This document shows positions 59,145 to 64,000 of a DNA stretch of 64,000 nucleotides, in pieces. How positions within the stretch are numbered: the stretch's first letter is position 1; every line of letters begins with the position of its first letter. The DNA is from Candidatus Ozemobacteraceae bacterium (lineage in GTDB: Bacteria; Muiribacteriota; Ozemobacteria; Ozemobacterales; Ozemobacteraceae): assembly GCA_965140445.1 (NCBI GenBank), contig OZ223236.1, positions 5,120,001 through 5,184,000 of the forward strand, written 5' to 3'. Under the pieces are notes generated by a model. It searched no databases, was not told the DNA's origin, and saw nothing but the letters and a program-made list of their open reading frames with translations. Both the position numbers and the translations under genes were made by a program.

Positions 59145-60606
59145 GTTGCAATGACTCCTTGCTAAGGGAATTTTCATCTTGTCCCGCTGCTTTTAGCGGA
59201 GCAAATAGATTAGAAACTGCCAGCTCAGCAGCAGCTTCGGGGAATTGTGTCGCAATGTTACCGAGAAGAGGCCATAAGTAAGGCCTATCAACAAAGCAGT
59301 GCGGGTTTTCAGGGGCAAGAATCATAGTTTCTCCCTGATTCAAAGAGTCAGAAGAAATGGCCAGATCATAAAGATCCTTTCCACAATTTTTGGCCGAATA
59401 TCCGCCTGTTAAAACTATTTTGGGAACTGCTCTGAGGTCTTTTCCTCTTTGCAGCCACACCTTTCCACCTGGGGTCCAGGATTTCTCCATTCGCCCGGCA
59501 TGTCTAATAACTGCGTGTCGAAGACACCCAGTCGCCATAATTTCGTCTAATTTACTTTCACAAGGGCTTTGCGGAAGTACGGAAGCATTTTTACAAATAG
59601 TTGAAACCCACGTTTCAAGATCATTTAAGAAAGGCTCACCTAAGCTTTCGGACTTCTCAAACTCTTCCTTTAGAATAAAATAAAGGGATTGTGCGCTGAT
59701 TCTCATGCCCAAATCGCCTTCTACGGATCGTTTAGCTACCGGCTCAGTGATTCCTCTCAAAATGACAGAATCACCGCCTTTAAGAGGCTCTGAATAAGAA
59801 TAAACATCGGTAGTGGCTCCGCCTGTGTCTACCACGACAAGCTCCGACCATTCCCGATTCTTTTTGGCTACTGTTTTTACCAACTCAAGCATTGCTCTTG
59901 GCGTAGGCGAAGGCTTGGTGCCAAAATAACTGACCAGCTCCTCAAGGCCCTTCCCCTTAACTATGGTTTGCAAAAACTCTTTTTGAATTGCTTCCCTGGC
60001 TGCTTCTCCCTCAAATTTTCCAATATCAGGCATTACATTGGGTACAATAATCAGCTTTTTGTTTTCCAGGATTTCTGAAATTTCATCTTGAATTTGATTA
60101 TTTCCAGCATAAATAATGGTCCCGGAGAAGTTTGAAGAAGCCAGACGATTTGCGTTTCTAATCCCGGTTTTTTCATGTCCACCATCTGTACCGCCACAGA
60201 AAAGAAGAATATCAGGATTTTCTCTTTCTATTTGTTCAACAGAATCTTTTGTCAAACCATATGAAATAGCTGAAATCACTCTTGCCCCAGCTGACCAGGC
60301 CACAAGCCTGCCAATTTGTAACGATAGTTCGGGGACCAGACCAAGAACTGAAATTCTAAGTCCCCCTTTTGCGGAGGATGAGAAAAAAACTTCTGGCAGG
60401 CCATTTTTGTCAGGAATTGGATCTGAATCATTTAGAGACAACAGACTTCGAAGCACTTTAAATGCAGCTTCAGGAAGATTTTCCGTTGTTGTTGGAAACG
60501 CAGCCTGATTTAGCAGTTTAGCTTCTTTCTTGCCTATAGAGAATAAGGCTCCCTTTGTGAAAGTTGAGCCAATATCTATGCTGATAACAGATCGATTACC
60601 GTTCAT
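59131..60606 (-). CDS. glmL: Glutamate mutase reactivation/accessory protein GlmL (MutL)
   Basis: DIGSTFTK, SSSAKGGL, GGTDGG, PTP, VDTGGATTDVYS, KRSVEGDLGMR, GKDL; lies between the S and E subunits. Confidence 0.92.
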   Translation of the reverse strand: MNGNRSVISIDIGSTFTKGALFSIGKKEAKLLNQAAFPTTTENLPEAAFKVLRSLLSLNDSDPIPDKNGLPEVFFSSSAKGGLRISVLGLVPELSLQIGRLVAWSAGARVISAISYGLTKDSVEQIERENPDILLFCGGTDGGHEKTGIRNANRLASSNFSGTIIYAGNNQIQDEISEILENKKLIIVPNVMPDIGKFEGEAAREAIQKEFLQTIVKGKGLEELVSYFGTKPSPTPRAMLELVKTVAKKNREWSELVVVDTGGATTDVYSYSEPLKGGDSVILRGITEPVAKRSVEGDLGMRISAQSLYFILKEEFEKSESLGEPFLNDLETWVSTICKNASVLPQSPCESKLDEIMATGCLRHAVIRHAGRMEKSWTPGGKVWLQRGKDLRAVPKIVLTGGYSAKNCGKDLYDLAISSDSLNQGETMILAPENPHCFVDRPYLWPLLGNIATQFPEAAAELAVSNLFAPLKAAGQDENSLSKESLQRECH

Positions 60607-60610
60607 CAAT

Positions 60611-61033
60611 TTAAGCCACTCCACGTTCCTTCAAATCACTTTTAAGAAGTTCAGCGACTTCATTCAAATCGCAATCTGTGCGGAAAACTCTGTCGTAGCC
60701 CATTTTCAAGAATTTCTCCTGAACAACCTCAAATGGAGTTTTCCCCACAACCAGATTGCCGCCAACATAAAGAAGTACGTCATCAAGACCTTTTTCCTTA
60801 CATTTCTCCGGAAGTCCGACGCAATCTATTTCTCCATGGCCATAGAGTGATGAGACCAAAATGGCTTTTGCGTCTGTTTCTAATGCAGCATTGATAAACT
60901 CTTCCTGGCTAGCCATAACGCCAAGGTTAGTTACTTTAAAACCTTGTTCTGTAAAAAATACTTCCAGAATTTTGTTGCCAACAGAATGGCAATCAAAACC
61001 AATAACGCCAAGAACGATCTGTATCGGTTTCAT
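60611..61033 (-). CDS. glmS: Glutamate mutase B12-binding subunit S (MutS/MamA)
   Basis: DCHSVGN (DxHxxG), VSSLYGHGE, LYVGGNLVVGK. Confidence 0.96.
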   Translation of the reverse strand: MKPIQIVLGVIGFDCHSVGNKILEVFFTEQGFKVTNLGVMASQEEFINAALETDAKAILVSSLYGHGEIDCVGLPEKCKEKGLDDVLLYVGGNLVVGKTPFEVVQEKFLKMGYDRVFRTDCDLNEVAELLKSDLKERGVA

Positions 61034-61045
61034 ATTAATTTCCGC

Positions 61046-62044
61046 CTACCTGAGATTATTTAATAAACGTTTAATAAGACTCTCAAGATTAACCAGAGAG
61101 CCGGGTTCTATTTGATACTGAAAATGTAGAAGACGACCGCCTGAAAGGCGATACTCCTGCAAAAGTCGCATAAGCTCACTTGGAGCCCCTTTTAAGAAAG
61201 TCTGAGGCACCACAAGCGTAGAACAACCATGCAAAAATTCAGAAAAATCTTTACCAGCGCCAATTTGAAAAGATCGACACTTTTTGGATGGATAAAATTT
61301 TGAAATCCAGCCACGGACAATCTCGCAAAACTTATCACTGTAATAAAGGATTCCAGCAGATGAGCTTTCTCCAAGCTGACCAAGTTCCACCATTGTTTCA
61401 GTCGAAGGAGCAACCCCAACCTGAACAAGTTTATCGCCCAATCCTGGAGCTAATTGCTTTAATTCAGAGTAATGATTAGTCGTAGTTACAATCAAATCAA
61501 AGGCTTCTAGAATCTTTTCCGGCTGCCGTTCAAGCTTTAAATCTTCAAGCTCAAAGCGACTTACATTCAACTGATTCAGCAATGAAATTTGTTTTTGATA
61601 TACTTCCAATGCTTCTGGGTTGCAATCAACAGCAGCGATTGTGAATGCAGCACAAATCTCCTCTCTCTGGGCGATATGAGAAGAAAACAGGTTGGAAATT
61701 TCTTTATGACTGAAGCCAAACTCTTCCAGTTTTGAAATCAATTCAGCAATAGCTTCTTCAGCAAGCTTTAAGCGACTAGAAGAATCCGGACTGTAAAAAT
61801 CCGAGACATAAGTCCCTTTTCCTCTGACAGTAACAGCAAATCTGGCTTGAATTAATCTCTCATAGGCTTTTTTAACAGTTCCACGTGATAATCCCAACTC
61901 TTCGGCAAGATCTCTTTCCGAGGGAAGTTTTGTACACGAAATAATCTCACCAGATTTGATATTATCTATCAACTGGTCGCTCAACTGCTTATAAACAGGA
62001 GCGCTGGAAGCCGCTTGCAATTTAATTAAGTTAGAAAAATTCAT
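61046..62044 (-). CDS. GntR family transcriptional regulator with long C-terminal domain
   Basis: PVYKQL, LPSERDLAEELGLSRGTVKKAY..L, RGKGTYV; first gene of the glm operon. Confidence 0.9.
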   Translation of the reverse strand: MNFSNLIKLQAASSAPVYKQLSDQLIDNIKSGEIISCTKLPSERDLAEELGLSRGTVKKAYERLIQARFAVTVRGKGTYVSDFYSPDSSSRLKLAEEAIAELISKLEEFGFSHKEISNLFSSHIAQREEICAAFTIAAVDCNPEALEVYQKQISLLNQLNVSRFELEDLKLERQPEKILEAFDLIVTTTNHYSELKQLAPGLGDKLVQVGVAPSTETMVELGQLGESSSAGILYYSDKFCEIVRGWISKFYPSKKCRSFQIGAGKDFSEFLHGCSTLVVPQTFLKGAPSELMRLLQEYRLSGGRLLHFQYQIEPGSLVNLESLIKRLLNNLR

Positions 62045-62139
62045 AGTGGTCTACTCCACAAAGCCCAAAATATACCATAGCCTTTTTATTGTCAATTTTT
62101 TCCAACAAAAATTCATCGATTCCTCAAAAAATTTCAATC

Positions 62140-62192
62140 ATTCTAAAAGCAAAAAAACTCTCCAAAATGGAGAGTTTTTTTGCTTTTAGAAT
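62140..62192 (-). terminator. 25-bp perfect inverted repeat after the acidic-protein gene
   Basis: ATTCTAAAAGCAAAAAAACTCTCCA-AAA-TGGAGAGTTTTTTTGCTTTTAGAAT. Confidence 0.75.
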
Positions 62193-62708
62193 CTAGTAGT
62201 CTTCGCCGAATTCATCGAAATCATCAGAATAATCGTCATCCAGGAATTCATCATCTTCATCAGAAAAGCCGTGCTGAGCCAACCAATCATCAGCCGCATC
62301 CGTTTTCTTTTTTGCCCCACCAACTCGAATCTTAGAAACAGTTTCCGATTTTCCACCGCCTCGACTATAGCCGCACTTACATTTCTTCTTAGTCCCTATT
62401 TCTCTGGCGCACTCGGGGCAAAAACGGCTCATCTTTTCTTCGACAACTTTTTTAATCTTCTTCTGCTCAAGTTGTTTGGCAAGCTTCAAAAAATCCTCTT
62501 TTTCTGTCTGATCAGAGGAGGAATCAACCATATCTTCAAACTTTTCAGCATAATCCGGATTCTCTTCAAGATATTTGTCAAAAGCCTCTCTTGGGCCATC
62601 TGTTTCTCTCCACAGATGCGAATACGGATACAACGGCTCTTCCTCAAGAAACTTATCGCATAAAGCCATAAATTCCTTTTCCCATTCATCGAACGACATC
62701 TTCTTCAT
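62193..62708 (-). CDS. Hypothetical acidic protein with small zinc ribbon
   Basis: AAGGGG RBS; FCPECAREIGTKKKCKCGY; strongly Asp/Glu-rich tail. Confidence 0.7.
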   Translation of the reverse strand: MKKMSFDEWEKEFMALCDKFLEEEPLYPYSHLWRETDGPREAFDKYLEENPDYAEKFEDMVDSSSDQTEKEDFLKLAKQLEQKKIKKVVEEKMSRFCPECAREIGTKKKCKCGYSRGGGKSETVSKIRVGGAKKKTDAADDWLAQHGFSDEDDEFLDDDYSDDFDEFGEDY

Positions 62709-62816
62709 AAAAGCCCCTTTGAGCAGAGATTACTACGTTTAAATATATTTATTTTTTTCAAGAATGACTAGGCAATTTCTCTATTCTTTTTAAAATTTGC
62801 TTTACCAAACCTGAAT

Positions 62817-64000
62817 TCAGCCTTTGATAACCCCAATAGGCTTCAACCTTACGACAGGTTCCACAAGATCCAATTCGGAGCTAATTACAGTCTCTATATC
62901 CTTATATGCCTGAGGAGCTTCACCGAAATCATAAAGAATTCCTTTAGATTTTCGTTTTCGAGAACCTCCACCAGCTTTTGACCATCGATCAAAAACCACA
63001 CCCTCCATCGCAGCATCACATTCTTCAAGAGTCAACTTCCTGCTGGCTTCATTCCTTCCCATCTTTCTACCAGCCCCATGCGAACAAGAACAAAAAGACT
63101 CCGGATTACCAAGCCCGCGAACAATAAAGGACATAGCCCCCATACTTCCAGGAATTATTCCAAGTTGTCCTTTTTGAGCTGAAGTTGCTCCTTTTCTATG
63201 AATCCAGAGCTCCCGATCAAAATGCTTTTCTAAGGCCGCATAATTATGATGGATATTTATCTCTTCGCAGAATGCTGCTTCAGGGTAGGCTTCAAGAATT
63301 GCCCTTTTAAATTCTTCCATCATCAGGCGTCGATTTTCGCTAGCGTATCTTAAGGCAAAATTCATATCCCGAACATAATTCTGCCCTTCTTGTGAATCCA
63401 ACGGCAAAAAAGCAAGATCCGGCGAGGGAAGCTCTGTACACCACTTGTCGTTTAACTCTTGAGCCAATTTGTGATAAAAATTTGCTATTCTATAGCCAAG
63501 ATTTCTTGAGCCGGAATGAAGCATCATCCAGATATCTTGAGTATCTGAAACCTGCAACTCTATGAAATGATTCCCCCCTCCAAGCGTTCCAAGGTTTTTC
63601 CGATCACGCGCAACTCCCTCCAAATCAATCCAGCCCGGTGAGTTTCCAAGAATTTCAGATTCAAATTCTTCGAATCCAACCCAATCTTTTCGCTTTTTAT
63701 GACTATTTCCCTCTCCCACCGGAACTGTTTTCTTTATTTCATCAAGAACACGACGAATTAATCTTTTCTCACCAAAAGATTCAACCCTCAAATTTGTCTT
63801 TACCGCTCCCATCCCACAGCCAATATCAACTCCAACAGCGTTAGGAATTACTGCATTTTTACAAGCTATCACTCCCCCAATTGGCATTCCATAGCCAACA
63901 TGGCAATCAGGCATAAGAGCTACGTGCTGAGCCACGACTGGGTGAGCGGACAAATTTGAAGCCTGCAGCAAAGCCTCTGGTTCAATTTCATTGCACCAGG
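62817..64000 (-). CDS. rtcB: RNA ligase RtcB (5' end outside window)
   Basis: MPDCHVGYGMPIGG, VGVDIGCG, LGTLGGGNHFIE, HSGSR, HHNYA, HRKGAT, PGSMG, SHGAGR, EAPQAYK. The frame stays open to the window edge. Confidence 0.95.
   Translation of the reverse strand, partial: WCNEIEPEALLQASNLSAHPVVAQHVALMPDCHVGYGMPIGGVIACKNAVIPNAVGVDIGCGMGAVKTNLRVESFGEKRLIRRVLDEIKKTVPVGEGNSHKKRKDWVGFEEFESEILGNSPGWIDLEGVARDRKNLGTLGGGNHFIELQVSDTQDIWMMLHSGSRNLGYRIANFYHKLAQELNDKWCTELPSPDLAFLPLDSQEGQNYVRDMNFALRYASENRRLMMEEFKRAILEAYPEAAFCEEINIHHNYAALEKHFDRELWIHRKGATSAQKGQLGIIPGSMGAMSFIVRGLGNPESFCSCSHGAGRKMGRNEASRKLTLEECDAAMEGVVFDRWSKAGGGSRKRKSKGILYDFGEAPQAYKDIETVISSELDLVEPVVRLKPIGVIKG

Noticed and set aside
59131..61033. 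glmL/glmS read as DNA-repair MutL/MutS or glucosamine synthase
   Set aside because: Only the names coincide; motifs and context show glutamate mutase components.
62045..62140. Cobalamin riboswitch upstream of the glutamate mutase operon
   Set aside because: The leader is under 100 nt, AT-rich and has no recognisable B12-box.
1..64000. CRISPR arrays, IS elements, prophage or anti-phage defence genes
   Set aside because: No regularly spaced direct repeats and no transposase, integrase, phage structural or recognisable defence motifs were seen by eye.

Overview
Gene-dense, AT-rich bacterial chromosome window with about 50 protein-coding genes. I found no rRNA, tRNA, CRISPR array, transposase, integrase or phage genes. 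FadL points to a diderm, and the B12 glutamate mutase, class I fumarase and rubrerythrin-like protein point to an anaerobe or facultative anaerobe. The large HAMP-SpoIIE paralogues and a pilin-tailed exported protein recall Ca. Riflebacteria, but that is an impression, not a tested assignment. Two metabolic gene clusters stand out. (1) 5.7-12.8 kb is a complete polyhydroxyalkanoate (PHA) locus with an unusual layout: exported PhaZ7-like hydrolase, phaR, phasin-like gene, phaB, phaC1, a short PhaE/PhaR-type subunit, phaC2 and phaA. Two divergent class III/IV-type synthases, both with intact catalytic residues, flank one 129-aa partner subunit. (2) 52-62 kb is a GntR-led methylaspartate (glutamate fermentation) operon: glmS, glmL, glmE, mal and a class I fumarase/mesaconase. 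It has no citramalate lyase but carries three uncharacterised genes: AtuA-like, DUF4387-like, and a P-loop/tRNA-editing-domain fusion. Other oddities are a tandem pair of paralogous 8-Cys proteins divergent from a rubrerythrin-like gene, an exported Yellow/MRJP-DJ-1 fusion, a protein with a C-terminal pilin-like module, a (Tim44-Zn ribbon)x2-TerB protein, and an abrupt codon-usage switch at the 3' end of phaA. All family calls come from recognising motifs by eye; no database search was run.
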